Source: Tubiluchus corallicola (taxonomy: Eukaryota; Animalia; Priapulida). From it: a stretch of DNA of 64,000 bases. The notes beneath the pieces are model-generated. The model made no database searches and was not told where the DNA came from. It saw nothing but the letters and a program-made list of their open reading frames with translations. The position numbers and the translations under genes were made by a program. The stretch is from assembly GCA_030141605.1 (NCBI GenBank), contig JAQGDQ010000319.1:1-64000 (forward strand), given 5' to 3'. Below are positions 48,836 through 61,684 of this stretch, in pieces (position 1 is the first letter of the stretch; each line of letters opens with the position of its first letter).

Positions 48836-51171
48836 CGGTTAATCTACGTCCTAAAAAAACTTGAGCGAACTACGTCGTGGGTACCTGCATACCCATATCT
48901 GAATAATAAAATAAATGCATAAAAAACAAGTTGAACAAGTTTATTATGGTAGTATTATGAACTTCAGTTAAATTTAATCAAATAATTTTAAAATGTTACA
49001 GGTGAAATACAAAATTATTGGACTTTATTTGTAAAAGTAAGTCAATGAAAATCAGTTAAGACAGTTAGTACAGATAGAAATGCGGTGTGCTAGGCAAAGA
49101 TATTTCGCGCATTTTCGACACTGAACATCCGTTTTCTTGTCTAGACGCCCCGGGCAGAGTTGACACCGTTTCCTTTTGCGATCTGCGGCTGCAGGTTGTG
49201 GAGGTGGTGGGCGATTGGCAGCGGCCTCTGGTGCAAACAAATGAATAGCTGTCAAGACTTTAGAATTGAGTCTTGGGTCATCGGCTCTTCGTCTGTTCAT
49301 TCGAGGTATGATCAGTTGGTGAGATAGGTCTTTTAGAAAATTGTATCCTGTCATAGCTGCCTCTGAGCGATCATTGAATAAGATGAAGGCATTCACGCCC
49401 ATGACGTCGATGAGGTTCATCAGCATGGAATAAGGCCATCTGCTTGTACGGCGCTTACAAGAATAAAATCGAACGAGATGGCCAAGGTTGTCCACTGCAG
49501 ACTTCGTAGCATTGTAGAACTCAACAATCTCAGGCTTGACCTCTCCCTGTAGAGCATTGCGATGAAGCGTGCTGAGAAGTAATACGGGTTTCGTCTTCTT
49601 TCGGTCTACGAATGAGATGAGTATTTGGGAGCCACTCTGATAGTACACAGCTGACCTATGATCTCTCCCAGCTATACTCTTGGCAATGGCAGGAATGTCT
49701 CTTCTATTGTGTCGCACCGTGCCAACAGCTGTGATTCTCTTCTCTTCAAGTTTGGTGAGTAGAGGAGAGCTGGTAAACCAGTTATCCATTGTGATGTTAA
49801 CACCACTGCCAAAAAAACGCTTAGCTATAGTCAGGGTGCATTTGGAAGAGAGATCATATTCGTTGAATTCTGGATCGGGGAATGTTCCTGCACCACTGTA
49901 TGCAACGCCATTGAGTACGTATGTGTTGTCGTTGTCTACTAGCCAGAAGATCTTCATTCCATACTTCCCTGGCTTTGTAGGTATATATTGACGAAATTTC
50001 ACTCTCCCATAGAACTCAACTAATTGCTCATCGATTGTCAGGTGAGGAGATGGTTTGTATACGTTCTTGAATCTAGAGATCACAGAGTTCCAAACCTCTC
50101 GAATGGGAGAAAAGGGGTCATCGCGATTTCGTCGCAAACGGTCGTCACAACGGAATATTCGCGGCATCATTTCAAAGCGCTGCTTCGACATTGTTGCGTA
50201 CATTGCAGGAATACCATCTCGCTCTTGAAAAAGCTCTGAGATGCAGCGGTAATGAGCCTTGTAGACACCACATAGAATATGTAATCCGAGGAATGCGTAG
50301 AGTTCGATTTCATCACATTCAATCCAATTGTCACGAAACCATTCTGAGTTCACAGATACTCGTCGAGCTTCGAGATTAGTGTATCGAACTAAATCAGGAA
50401 TTATGTTTTCGATGAAAACTTTGAACGATTCCTCAGGAGATTGGGGGTGTAGAGACGGAATGAAACCTGGATTGTGCTGCAAGATATTTCGCTGAGGAGC
50501 TCTACCGGGTTCGTTGTTGTCGTTGACAGCGATTCTTCTCCATTGCTTGCCTGAAGGAGCTACAATCAGTGGCTCCGGATCATCTGTGGCTTCACTGTCA
50601 CTATCGTCCTCTGTGTCTGATGCAGTTTCAGCAACTACAGCCTCTACTGGCAGCTGATAGTCATCATCGCCATCGTCTGGATTGTCTGAGTCGTAATTTT
50701 GCATAATTATAGGGCCTCATCTGCCGTGAATTGACGACGTCTCTGTCTGTGATCCATACTAGCGCTAATCGACTGTCACTTAGCTTCCAAATTGCAAACT
50801 GAGCTGCCAGCAACAGACACACTGTGCTAAATACCCATTGTTTCTGGCAGTAAATCCGAGTTGATTGGCTGTGTGAATTTCGCTCACTACGTCACCAGTT
50901 CACTGTGTATGTGAGCGATGTCTACTGTACGCAGTCTACTGTAAGCAGTAAGCACGAAATATACGCATGGGTATGATGATACCCACGACGTAGATAGTTA
51001 TAGAAATACTGGTAGCAGTGAAATACACTATTATTTTTCAAATTCATTAGGGGCATAAATACATCTCACATAATTAGAAAAAGTCATGAAAGTCAAAGCC
51101 ATCAAGTGTAATCATTTACGCATGAGACTAATTTAATTTTGTACGCCTGTACCCACGATGTAGATTAACCG
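48836..51171 (-). mobile_element. piggyBac DNA transposon, full length (2336 bp)
   Basis: TTAA TSD at 48832-48835 and 51172-51175, TIR CGGTTAATCTAC(G/A)TC, subterminal CTACGTCGTGGGTA repeats, single transposase ORF. Confidence 0.93.
49052..50704 (-). CDS. piggyBac transposase (DDE_Tnp_1_7 domain, PGBD-like)
   Basis: Motifs LTIDEQL, FRQYIPTKPGKYGMK, TMDNWFTS, YNATKSAVD, acidic N-terminus and C-terminal Cys-rich domain. Confidence 0.93.
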   Translation of the reverse strand: MQNYDSDNPDDGDDDYQLPVEAVVAETASDTEDDSDSEATDDPEPLIVAPSGKQWRRIAVNDNNEPGRAPQRNILQHNPGFIPSLHPQSPEESFKVFIENIIPDLVRYTNLEARRVSVNSEWFRDNWIECDEIELYAFLGLHILCGVYKAHYRCISELFQERDGIPAMYATMSKQRFEMMPRIFRCDDRLRRNRDDPFSPIREVWNSVISRFKNVYKPSPHLTIDEQLVEFYGRVKFRQYIPTKPGKYGMKIFWLVDNDNTYVLNGVAYSGAGTFPDPEFNEYDLSSKCTLTIAKRFFGSGVNITMDNWFTSSPLLTKLEEKRITAVGTVRHNRRDIPAIAKSIAGRDHRSAVYYQSGSQILISFVDRKKTKPVLLLSTLHRNALQGEVKPEIVEFYNATKSAVDNLGHLVRFYSCKRRTSRWPYSMLMNLIDVMGVNAFILFNDRSEAAMTGYNFLKDLSHQLIIPRMNRRRADDPRLNSKVLTAIHLFAPEAAANRPPPPQPAAADRKRKRCQLCPGRLDKKTDVQCRKCAKYLCLAHRISICTNCLN

Positions 51172-51223
51172 TTAATGTGGACATTGTTTATATTTTCAAT
51201 GTGGACATTGTTTATAATTTTAG

Positions 51224-51348
51224 TGTAGATAGTCGGAGTGGGAGTTTATGTGACAGTCAGCCCAACTCACCTAGCGAAACAATGATGTCTTCTAAACTGA
51301 GTTTAGGTGCACCGGTTCGTGCTTCAAAATCTGATACTGTGGTGTCAG
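51224..51348 (+). CDS. VPS13D: VPS13D exon
   Basis: ttttag|..|gtaaag, phase 2/1; VDSRSGSLCDSQPNSPS... Confidence 0.85.
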
Positions 51349-51451
51349 GTAAAGCATTATCTCGTAATTTCAAGTTATTGTAAGTAGGTACAGAGACAGG
51401 CTTTGGTAATGTTTTACTAAGTGTAGATGTACAAACAGTAAATTTTTCTTT

Positions 51452-51504
51452 ACACACACGCATTCACACACACAGCACATGCACACACACACACACACAT
51501 GCAG

Positions 51505-51539
<35 letters not shown>

Positions 51540-51735
51540 CTCACACACGCTCACATGCAGACGCACGCACACACACACACATGCATACACACACACACAC
51601 ACACATGCACACACACACACACACACACAACACACACACACACACACATGCTCACACACACACATGCATACACACACACACATGCATACACACACACACA
51701 TGCGCACACACACACATGCATACACACACACACAT

Positions 51736-51797
<62 letters not shown>
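51452..51797. repeat. (CA)n compound microsatellite
   Basis: Directly visible. Confidence 0.97.
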
Positions 51798-51800
<3 letters not shown>

Positions 51801-51907
51801 AACTGTAAAGTTTTTTAGTGCCCAGCTGAATATTATACTATTAAGCAAATGCATCATTTGCATTTTTTTTTACTCAGAGTGACAGTTTTCAAAATTTTTT
51901 TTTCTAG

Positions 51908-52120
51908 GTCATAGTTCACGTTACCCATCCGGTGCTCGATCACCATCCCCGTGTTCACCGCCTCTTCGATGCAAATCACCCCTGGCTGGTAAGGTGATAG
52001 ATTCGGAGGCATTAATCTACATTGAGTTTGAACAGATCAGTCCAAAAAGCCCGTCCAATCAGTTTACGAACGAACAGTTACAGATTGCGACGTTTCAATT
52101 CAATAATCTCAACATTACAG
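51908..52120 (+). CDS. VPS13D: VPS13D exon
   Basis: ttctag|..|gtaaat, phase 1/1; ...DSEALIYIEFEQISPKSP...LQIATFQFNNLNIT. Confidence 0.88.
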
Positions 52121-52339
52121 GTAAATTTATGAAAATCTATGCAAATTGCAACTCACCCGTATATTTACCGGCTAGGCTCGGCACCGCTTAACTGCGGTTG
52201 CTAAGCACCCATTGAAACCGCATGTACAATGTAGATTCATTAGCATATTAGCAATCCTTTTGTATGTCCAGAGTAAACACCAGTGGTTAGAGACTGGACA
52301 ATGCAAATTTTGGGTAATCAAATTGTTAATAATATAATG

Positions 52340-52351
52340 TAATAATAATAA

Positions 52352-52390
<39 letters not shown>

Positions 52391-52721
52391 CAGTAGTAGT
52401 AGCAGTAGTAGTAGCAGCCGGAGCAGCAGCAGCAGCAGCAGCAGTAGATGTATAGCAGTAGCAGTAGCAGTAGCAGCAGCAGCNNNNNNNNNNNNNNNNN
52501 NNNNNNNNNNNNNNNNNNNNNNNNNNNNNNNNNNNNNNNNNNNNNNNNNNNNNNNNNNNNNNNNNNNNNNNNNNNNNNNNNNNNNNNNNNNNNNNNNNNN
52601 NNNNNNNNNNNNNNNNNNNNNNNNNNNNNNNNNNNNNNNNNNNNNNNNNNNNNNNNNNNNNNNNNNNNNNNNNNNNNNNNNNNNNNNNNNNNNNAGCAGC
52701 AGTAGCAGTAGCAGTAGCAGT

Positions 52722-52789
<68 letters not shown>

Positions 52790-52822
52790 GTGTCGCAGTA
52801 GTAATAATAATAATAATAGTAA
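52340..52822. repeat. (AGT/AGC)n microsatellite containing an assembly gap
   Basis: N run at 52484-52694 flanked by the same trinucleotide repeat. Confidence 0.95.
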
Positions 52823-53892
52823 TAAATGTATTTGGAAATGCAAATACAATATCTAGAAGCAATGAGAAAAATAGACATTAACAATAATGATTTAATTTTG
52901 ATATGAAAGTGTACATATAATAAATGACAAGAACCAGAAATGAAACTTGTTAGCTGCTTGCACCATTGTAAACACGTCCAAATAATAATTGAGAAAAAAA
53001 GAACAAAAAAACGGAAGGATTTTAGGCAATTTAAAAAAAAGTTGTGCAAAGCGAGGATAGAAGTGATGGATAAAAGAATATTCAAAAGGATAGGAAGATT
53101 CAGCTGTTGAGATGACGAAGCACTCTAGATTCTAGTCAAAAAAAGAACACGAGGCAATTGTTTGTGTTGCCCCCTCTTTTCTGTTATAAACTGGTTTCCT
53201 TTTAAACAGATCATGTGACCAGTCTTTTACCTGTACACTTACCTGTAGATTGGAGTCACTCAGGCATTCACACACTGCAGTGACAAATTGTTTAGCGTCA
53301 TTCATTGATTCGTTGTTATAATTTCATAATTACACTTATAGAAGATCACCATTTGTGTCAAAGTGCGGATAGGATGAGTAATAATAGAAAGGATAGAATA
53401 TCATGTAGTAAAATGTCCGTTGGTTTTTCCATAGGTATTTGTTTAAATCTTAATCTCATTCGGGTTCATTTCTTACTTTACCTTCATTATTCTTATCGCG
53501 TTGCGTGTCCGTGCATTGTATTGTTTACTCTTATGACATCTGTGAAAGTCATGTTTGAAGTTGTAGTTGAACAGTTTGTAGAAAAAGAATAAACAACTAT
53601 ACTACATATCTGCTTAAAACTGAAAATGTTTATTAGACTACATACACACATGTAGAATGACTGCTGCACTGAACACTGAGGACAAGAGTGTCCTGCACTG
53701 ATCACTGAGAGTTAGACAGTGGCTAGAAGTAAAATCCAGCCAGTATATATAGGTAGAGGTAACTATGCAAACTTGGCTTCACAAAAACCATTACAGTAAA
53801 ATAGGGAGAGATCCAGGGATTAGTTAATAGATGGCAGCACCTGAAAATATACAGTTACAATTTCCACAACATCATCTATTGCTTTTTTGCAG

Positions 53893-54165
53893 CAAATCAG
53901 GAGACAATAGTGGAACTCTTGGGATTCGCTAAGCGTGTGTTCCCAATGGAGTTTTTCTCGCAGCATTCAATGCCTGCGACGCCCAGTCACATGCAGCAGT
54001 CTCAGCAAACGGACAAAGTTTCTACGCGCTTGGAAATCACGGCGGACTTCCACCTGCTTAGCATCCTGCTACCCAGAGCCGTTGCCCAGAAGGGCAATGG
54101 GACAATCGGCAGGAAGGTTGCCATAGCAACGATGTCGGGTGCGCACATTCAGTCGACAATAAATG
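53893..54165 (+). CDS. VPS13D: VPS13D exon
   Basis: ttgcag|..|gtaaga, phase 1/1; ANQETIVELLGFAKRVFP...LEITADFHLLSILL...GRKVAIATMSGAHIQ. Confidence 0.92.
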
Positions 54166-54522
54166 GTAAGAACTTTTTGGGACTTCGGGCAAGTGCCGAG
54201 ATTAAAGAATTATTTTTATATTAATTATTCGTTTATAAGAATTTTCGTAACTTTAAAGCAATATATGACATTGTAAATATTGATAATGATAACAATAATT
54301 ACCTCCACAGCGGTACACACAAATCCTTGCTCAAAGTTTTGCGGTAATCTGCTAGGCAGTGTTTGCATAATCGTGTTGACAAACAAACAAACGATGCTGA
54401 AAACATGAACTCAGTGTAATCCTGAAGAAACTAACCGCTAATACAGAATTTGTAACATTTTGACATCTCCACTGTAGCTTTTCAGTCTCCTATTGACTCA
54501 ACACTTTTCATTTTACTTTTAG

Positions 54523-55458
54523 CTTCGGAACTTGAACTTCAAGGTTCATTAGGTGGCTTACAAGTAGTGGATTTGACACCCGAGGGAGCCACTCACAAGG
54601 ACATATTCACTGTTGGCCATGACCCCTTGCAACAACACGTAGAAACTTGTTACCCCCACGTTTCTGAAGGGTTTCTTAAGTCTTACGAAAACCAGATGCT
54701 TGGCTACCCCCCCGGTGGCGTTTCCGCCGCGTCTGTGATGAGTGACATGTACAAAACTGCGCATGAATCATTAGCTAATCAGTGGCATTGCTATGCCCCG
54801 GTAAAAGCATTCACTTTCAAGTTTGTGCAACCAAAAGATGAAGACTATATGAATTCTACCCGAGATGACCGTGTTGGAACAGAGTTTGATGAACAGAAAT
54901 GCAAACCCGTTGACCTGACGTTGCGGGTAGCGTCTATGAAGTATACGCACTCGCCGCGATTCCTAGCGGAGATCGCTAGCTGCGTGAGTGAGTTCAAACA
55001 GTACATGAACGTAGCAGCGGAATCGTTAAAACACGCTGCGGCAGGTGTAGCTCTAGGCATAGTGCATAAGAAACCGGAATTGCTAACCCAGTCTTTGTAC
55101 TTTGAGACACCTGCAAGGCGAACTTTGTTTTCATCCAGTGAAAAAATGGACGCTTTTGACGAAACATTTCAAGAGGAGGATGCAGACACTAGCAAACAAT
55201 TTGATATTCGCCTGGATATTGTGTTGCAGACACCGATCATTATATTGCCACGGCAACCGTCCAGTTGTGAGGTTCTGGTCGCCCATCTTGGTGTGATAAC
55301 TGTGTCAAATAATGAAGCGAGGTTAGAAGAAAAAGAAGAAGAGAAAATAACGTTTGAAGGAGCTGCAAAGGATCAGATTTATGTGAACATTCGTGATATG
55401 AGTTTGTACTCAAAATGTCTTTCACAAGATAGCATAACCAACGGAGCAGAAGATAAAG
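54523..55458 (+). CDS. VPS13D: VPS13D large exon
   Basis: ttttag|936 nt|gtaggt, phase 1/1; LQGSLGGLQVVDLTPEG...LRVASMKYTHSPRFL...LDIVLQTPIIILPRQPSSCEVLVAHLGVITVSN. Confidence 0.93.
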
Positions 55459-55766
55459 GTAGGTTCAAATGTAGATTTACGTGAATATTCGTGATATGAG
55501 TTTGTAGTCAAAATTTCTTTCACAAGACAACATAACCAACGGAGCAGAAGATAAAGGTAGGTTCAAATGTAGATTTATGTGAACATTCGTGATATGAACT
55601 TGTACTCAAAATGTCTTTCACAAGACAACATAACCAACGGAGCAGAAGATAATGGTAGGTTCAAATGTAGATTTATGTGAACATTCGTGATATGAATTTG
55701 TACTCAAAATGTCTTTCACAAGATAACATAACCAACGGAGCACAAGATAAAGGTAGGTTCAAATGT
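55375..55766 (+). repeat. 98-bp tandem repeat (4 copies) spanning the exon end and splice donor
   Basis: Units start at 55377, 55475, 55573 and 55671, each ending GATAA(A/T)G|GTAGGTTCAAATGT. Confidence 0.92.
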
Positions 55767-56124
55767 TTATTAGTGTACATGCTAGTGTAGAGTCCCTGGA
55801 TCAGTTTGTGCTCTGTTTAGTTGCAAAAATAAGCATAAATATTTGGTAGTTACTTCATCGTGAGTTAATTAATACTGGGAAATGATGAATTAGTTAATGC
55901 AGTATTATGAGTGAATCAAATCTTTCTCAGCAAAAGGGGCTAGGTAGCCTACTGGTCTGGGTGTTGAACTTGCCAAACAAGGACAATGGTTCACATCCAG
56001 GCACACTCCAACTTCTTTAGATTTTGCGTTTTGTTCAACCGTGATTTTGATAATTGTTTGTTAACTCTTTCATTCAATGACCAAATTGAAAATTTAAATT
56101 AATTATCAATAATGTTTCACTCAG

Positions 56125-56267
56125 GTAAACCTATTCTGCACGATACTGCAATCGAACTGACAATTGATCATGTCACTGATGAGGATTCGTTGTTTTTTCC
56201 CGGTGCTAACGAGACATTCCAAAGCAGTAAGAGTCACTCTGACAGCTTAGCCAATTCTGTGATAAAG
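56125..56267 (+). CDS. VPS13D: VPS13D exon
   Basis: actcag|..|gtatag, phase 1/0; GKPILHDTAIELTIDH... Confidence 0.87.
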
Positions 56268-56599
56268 GTATAGGATTTTGCTCAGCTTGGTTGAAATTTA
56301 ATTTTGTTATTTTTAAATTATACAGTTTGGCACACAGGCAGCCTAAATCCAACATTCAGTGGTAGGGCTAATTAATGTAGATAGTTGTGCTGGGAGTGGC
56401 TTACTTTCTGTGCTTTAAGGGTAATCCTTTAAGATGAGGCAATGAGATATTGTAAAAGAAAAGACAAATCACTTAATAATAATAATAATCTTTATTTAAA
56501 GTCGGCTTTTGGGTCAACAATTAACATTAGCTCAAAGAGCTATTATCGCCGACTGTAAATAACAACCTACAACTACATAACAGAGACTATTATTACCCC

Positions 56600-56740
56600 A
56601 CTTTTACCCTAAATACCACTCGTCAGGCAGGGCAACAGCAGGTTCCATTTTTAATGTCTTTGGTACGACCCAACCGATGGTTCGAACTCACGACCTCCCA
56701 GACGAAAAGCAGACGCATTATCACTAGACTAAACCGACTT
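56600..56740 (-). mobile_element. tRNA-derived SINE fragment (V-SINE-like)
   Basis: Minus strand shows a tRNA-like head with B box (GAGTTCGAACC) followed by GGGTCGTACCAAAGACATTAAAAATGGAACC, resembling the V-domain. Confidence 0.55.
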
Positions 56741-57445
56741 AGCTAGTTACTGTTATTTCTTAAACTTAGAAATTTACAAAAAACTGTCTATAAAGCATGA
56801 AGTTACTTTATACTACGGCTGTGCAGAAATTTTCAGGTGCGATGGTAGCAGCTATTTCCTTGAAAATTATAAAGTAACTGGTTTAATTTTGTCACCTTTC
56901 GTAAATGCATTGTGGCTCGCTGCTTAAACTTATTCAAACTTTTACAACTTACTTAATGTTCATGCAAAAGCTACATAAAACTAGTTCTCTAATTTTTTGT
57001 AAAAACTTATACTTTTCACGGAAATTAACCACGCCCACTTTTCTTCATTCAGCAAATGATGTCATTAATGGAAGAGTAGGCCTTCAAAATGGGAGCACCC
57101 AATAGCATGAAATGATCACGCATTTAAAGTGGTTTTACTAATTACACGAGGCGCTCATCACGCTTTTATTACTAAATCCTTTTTTGCAAATAGTGAAATG
57201 AGCCATACTCCCTAAAGGCTTGGCATTTCTTTTAACCGCATTCAGATGTTTAGACGTATTCATTCGAAACAAGGCAAACAGCCAGAAGCCATCTAGGTGT
57301 GATTGCATTTTCTTTTCTACTAGCTCAACTCTTTCAAACAAGTAAGACTGCTGCTAGAATGATGTAACTTTATTTTGGTAAACTTTTGATACATAAATCA
57401 AAATGCATTACATCTAACAATATCTAAAGTATTTCTTATACTTAA

Positions 57446-58032
57446 CCCTTTCACAATGGAAGGCGTAAACTGCTGCCCAAGCTCAGTACTAAGCACAGTC
57501 ACCCAGGTCTGTTTATTTCACTGCTATGGCCATGCAAAAACATTTCAAAAATGTTTAACAGCCGTGGGATTGGGGTTGCTTCGCAACAAGTAACGCTAAC
57601 CAGCCAATCAACATCTGAAGCCAGGTGCATTCCTTAATACTTTTCTGTATAGTATGTTCCCAGGTAAAATCACTTGTAGATCGTTGATGAAACGTATGTT
57701 TAGTTGATTGTTCTGCATTCTTATAAAATGATTGCATATTATGGATCAGTATTGCGTCTTTTGTGAAAACTGGTTTCTAAATATAAGTACATGATTGTTT
57801 ATGAGGGTGTGCACATGTGTATGTGTGTGTATGTGTGCGTGAGTGCATGTATGTGTGCTCGTATGTGTGTGCATGTGTAAAAATAAAACTAGTATTTAAT
57901 ATTAGTACTTAACGACCAACAAACATTTGTTTATATACAAGATTCTGTTTTAGTAACACACCACAAGCAGTTATTGTCAAATGTGCGAAAATCAAGTTGG
58001 CCGAGTTAAAAAGCAACAACGTAGTGAAAGGG
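57446..58032. mobile_element. Non-autonomous piggyBac-like MITE
   Basis: TTAA|CCCTTTCACAATG ... CGTAGTGAAAGGG|TTAA; no transposase. Confidence 0.72.
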
Positions 58033-58115
58033 TTAAATGTAGTTGAACTATACTTAAATGTAGATGACGATTTAAAATTTTAAATGATAATTACATTTGG
58101 TTTTATTTAATGTAG

Positions 58116-58571
58116 GTAAATGGTAAAGTTCTCAATCCTCTAAAAGTAGTTCTGTGCAAGCAACAATATGAACAAGTACTCCAGACACTGGACAATCTCA
58201 CGTACAACGATCCTTTACCTGGATCTGTGGAGTTGGATGACTTGTACGATTTCTCAGAACATGACGACAATGATGCTAACCTCCAACCCAGCACTTCCGC
58301 GCTAAAGCTAGACAAGTTTCTCATGGAGCCAAAGCCTTTTTCTGAAAAACCACCAGTTTCCGATGCCGCCGTAATGGTTTTTTCTCCCATCCACGTGGAT
58401 TTTCAGTTGGCAGAGCTGATGGTGGAGTTAGCGGCTGATATCGACGGCGTGGAGTGTGGAATCGTGAGCCTTTCTTTACAAGAATTTGAAGTTACGTACA
58501 GAAAGAATGAAGCAAATCTTCAAGAGATGGAGATAACATTACAAACACTCATAATGGAGGACCTACTCGAG
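58116..58571 (+). CDS. VPS13D: VPS13D exon
   Basis: atgtag|..|gtaatc, phase 0/0; VNGKVLNPLKVVLCKQQYEQVLQTLDNL...LQTLIMEDLLE. Confidence 0.92.
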
Positions 58572-58718
58572 GTAATCACCGTCGTTCTGATTGTCACAGT
58601 TTTTGAGAATTCAAACTACAAATTGTTTTTCTTGAGTAGCACACACCTGTTGTGTTGTTTTCTCTTTATTAACACCATCACATAGTAATGGCTTCCTTGG
58701 AAATTTTACCCGTCATAA

Positions 58719-58860
<142 letters not shown>

Positions 58861-60187
58861 ACCCATTTTTGGGATAATAAAACATTAAACGGTCATTTTT
58901 GAGGTGTCACACCCGTCATAACACCATGTAGAAAGAACGTGCTAACGGCATATAGTGGAGATTTAGGAAGGAAATTTATAGCTCTTTAGAAAAGTGCCTT
59001 TACTAAGATGAAGTATTAAATGAACCTCATTTTGTATGGATGTTGAAAGAATTGATCAAAATGTGAACTGTTAAAAAGTCCGACGCACTACGGATAAAGT
59101 CCGTTGTTTTGCGAGCCAACCACAACTTGGCGGGCTTTCACTTTGCTTACATCATTACATCAGTGCAACCAAGCAGGCTGTAACGACTGTGTGTAACTTG
59201 TGTGTCAGGAGGGGCCAGTACTAGACGTTTTTGAGACAATTTGGCGATTGATTTTACATTCCTATAGTAACTGTATTTTTCCTTTTTTGTTCTAAATATT
59301 TATCTATGGCAAAATATTTACCCAAACTTGCAGTAGTTTCAACAAATGGCTGATTAAGAACTTTGACGAGACTGAAAGAAAAAAACGAGTTTAAGCAACT
59401 AATAATAAGCTCTTCTTAACTCTTTACTTGGGCATACTGAAGTTTAGGACTTACTAAAACAGGAAAAATGTCACTTATGTAAAAACAGACTAATATGATA
59501 TGACTCTACAATGCATTAGCATCCATACTTAAAAATTTTACATAAACATAATGGCTGTTTTGCCTCCCCTTGTGTTCTTGACAAACTGCTTGACGAACTT
59601 GTTTCTAATTTATTTTTAAAACTTTTTTTTTGATTCGAAGTAGTATCATGACGGTATAGAAAAAATGATAACAGCAATATGTCAGCCCTGCTTCGTATCA
59701 AAACCGGAACTCCCTCGCTCGCCTGTTCAGGTGTAGAGAGAATAGAGAGAAGCCATCCATGACGTCACAGTCATACTTCTAAAGTTTAAATTACTGGCCT
59801 ACTACAGTACTTGTTTTTTAGCGCCATGTTTTCAAATTTCAACATCTCTGGCATTTAATTCATAAACAAATCATAAACAGGGAAACATGATGTTTTGCTG
59901 TGCAGTGAGGAATTTTTGCCTTTTGTTGATTGAAAAAAGAAAACAGTTTTTTAGACATACAAGGTTGAATTAGAGACGGATATCTATAATTCACAATAAA
60001 CAGTTTTGCCCCTGAAATGAATGTGAGGCTGAAATGGCAATGTTGCTGATAATAATTCTTCTTCTTCCTTGGAGGAAATTAGAGATGTAAATAAAGAGTT
60101 AAAGTTCATAAAGTGGATTCGGTTTCCATGGTTACACAATTAAGCTTCAAGTAATTTCTTCCAACGAGTTTAATTCTGTTGTTTTAG

Positions 60188-60383
60188 CCAAGCGACTCCA
60201 AACACCGGTACATAATTGCGTCGTATCGTCAGCCGGAGGATGAGCCGGATTCAACGAGCCCTCAGACGGATTACGTGTCCACTTCTTGTCCGGCATCGAC
60301 TGTGTGGCATCGCTTGCCGGAGATGCCAAACTCGCTGCCTTCCGTTCTTGCCGATCCACCGAATGCTTTTGCATTCTCTAAAG
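60188..60383 (+). CDS. VPS13D: VPS13D exon
   Basis: ttttag|..|gtgagt, phase 0/1; PSDSKHRYIIAS...YVSTSCPAS...PEMPNSLPSVL. Confidence 0.88.
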
Positions 60384-60521
60384 GTGAGTAGAGGCACATT
60401 GACACGTCCAGTGTGAACCAAAAGCAATCTTAAAGTAATTGTCGCGAACATTGCGTTCTACTTCTCCCATTAAAATTAATTACAGTTTTGACATTTCTAA
60501 TTTTGAAGGCAGAAAATATAG

Positions 60522-60640
60522 AAAGGTGGGAGAGCTATTAGGAATGACTGAAGGTGGGAGAGCTATTAGGAAGGACTGAAGATGGGAGAGCTATTAGGAA
60601 TGACTGAAGGTGGGAGAGCTATTAGAAAGGACTGAAGAGG
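60522..60640. repeat. 28-bp minisatellite, about 4 copies
   Basis: Unit GAAGGTGGGAGAGCTATTAGGAATGACT. Confidence 0.85.
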
Positions 60641-61212
60641 GGGTAACTACGGCAACCCCCGGATTAATCTAGGAAAATAAAGAAAAAGAGAAAATCTAAA
60701 TCTTATTAAACTGTTTTTATATTTCAGAATAAACTTTGCATAACGCTTAGCAGAATGTTGTAGTTCATTGTGTGTATTTCACCTGCATAATTTATGATTT
60801 TAATGTTTCAGCAAATTTAATCTCAGCAATGAGTAAAAACAAAATTAAAATTGAAGTTAATTTAATTATAAGCCATGGCTAACAAAAACTTTGTTGTCAC
60901 AATAATGTCACTTAAATTTTATGATTTCATTTCACAATAAGGAGACATGTACATGATTTCATCAGAATTACTGCACAGGAAAAAATATTACATTTCACAA
61001 AATACATTATAAGCAAAGAGCTACATGTGGACTATCAAACTGACACGTGTCAAATAGTCAGCTTTTACAGAACTGCATAGCTTATATAAACTTTACGAAG
61101 AGGCCAGTTAACAGCCGATGCATATAACGTCAGGTGATCAAGCCAGCGTAAACTATATGTAAGACCTACAGATCGACATGTACAGGATTATTTTTGAGCA
61201 ACGAGAAATATT

Positions 61213-61684
61213 AAACAAGTGAGCTTAATGCTTTAAGTCTTTCAAACAGGTGAGGGTAATGCTTTAAGTCTTTCAAGCAGGTGAGCTTAATGCTTTAAGT
61301 CTTTCAAACAGGTGAGCGTAATGCTTTAAGTCTTTCAAGCAGGTGAGCGTAATGCTTTAAGTCTTTCAAGCAGGTGAGCTTAATGCTTTAAGTCTTTCAA
61401 ACAGGTGAGGGTAATGCTTTAAGTCTTTCAAACAGGTGAGCATAATGCTTTAAGTCTTTCAAACAGGTGAGCGTAATGCTTTAAGTCTTTCAAACAGGTG
61501 AGCTTAATGTTTTAAGTCTTTCAAACAGGTGAGCATAATGCTTTAAGTCTTTCACACAGGTGAGCTTAATGCTTTAAGTCTTTCAAACAGGTGAGCATAA
61601 TGCTTTAAGTCTTTCAAACAGGTGAGCGTAATGCTTTTAAGTCTTTCAAACAGGTGAGCATAATGCTTTTAAGTCTTTCAAACA
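61213..61684. repeat. 31-bp minisatellite, about 15 copies
   Basis: Unit AAACAGGTGAGCTTAATGCTTTAAGTCTTTC. Confidence 0.95.

Noticed and set aside
54567-55484. Stand-alone 305-aa gene (and likewise the ORF at 58227-58685)
   Set aside because: These are internal VPS13D exons with phase-consistent splice sites.
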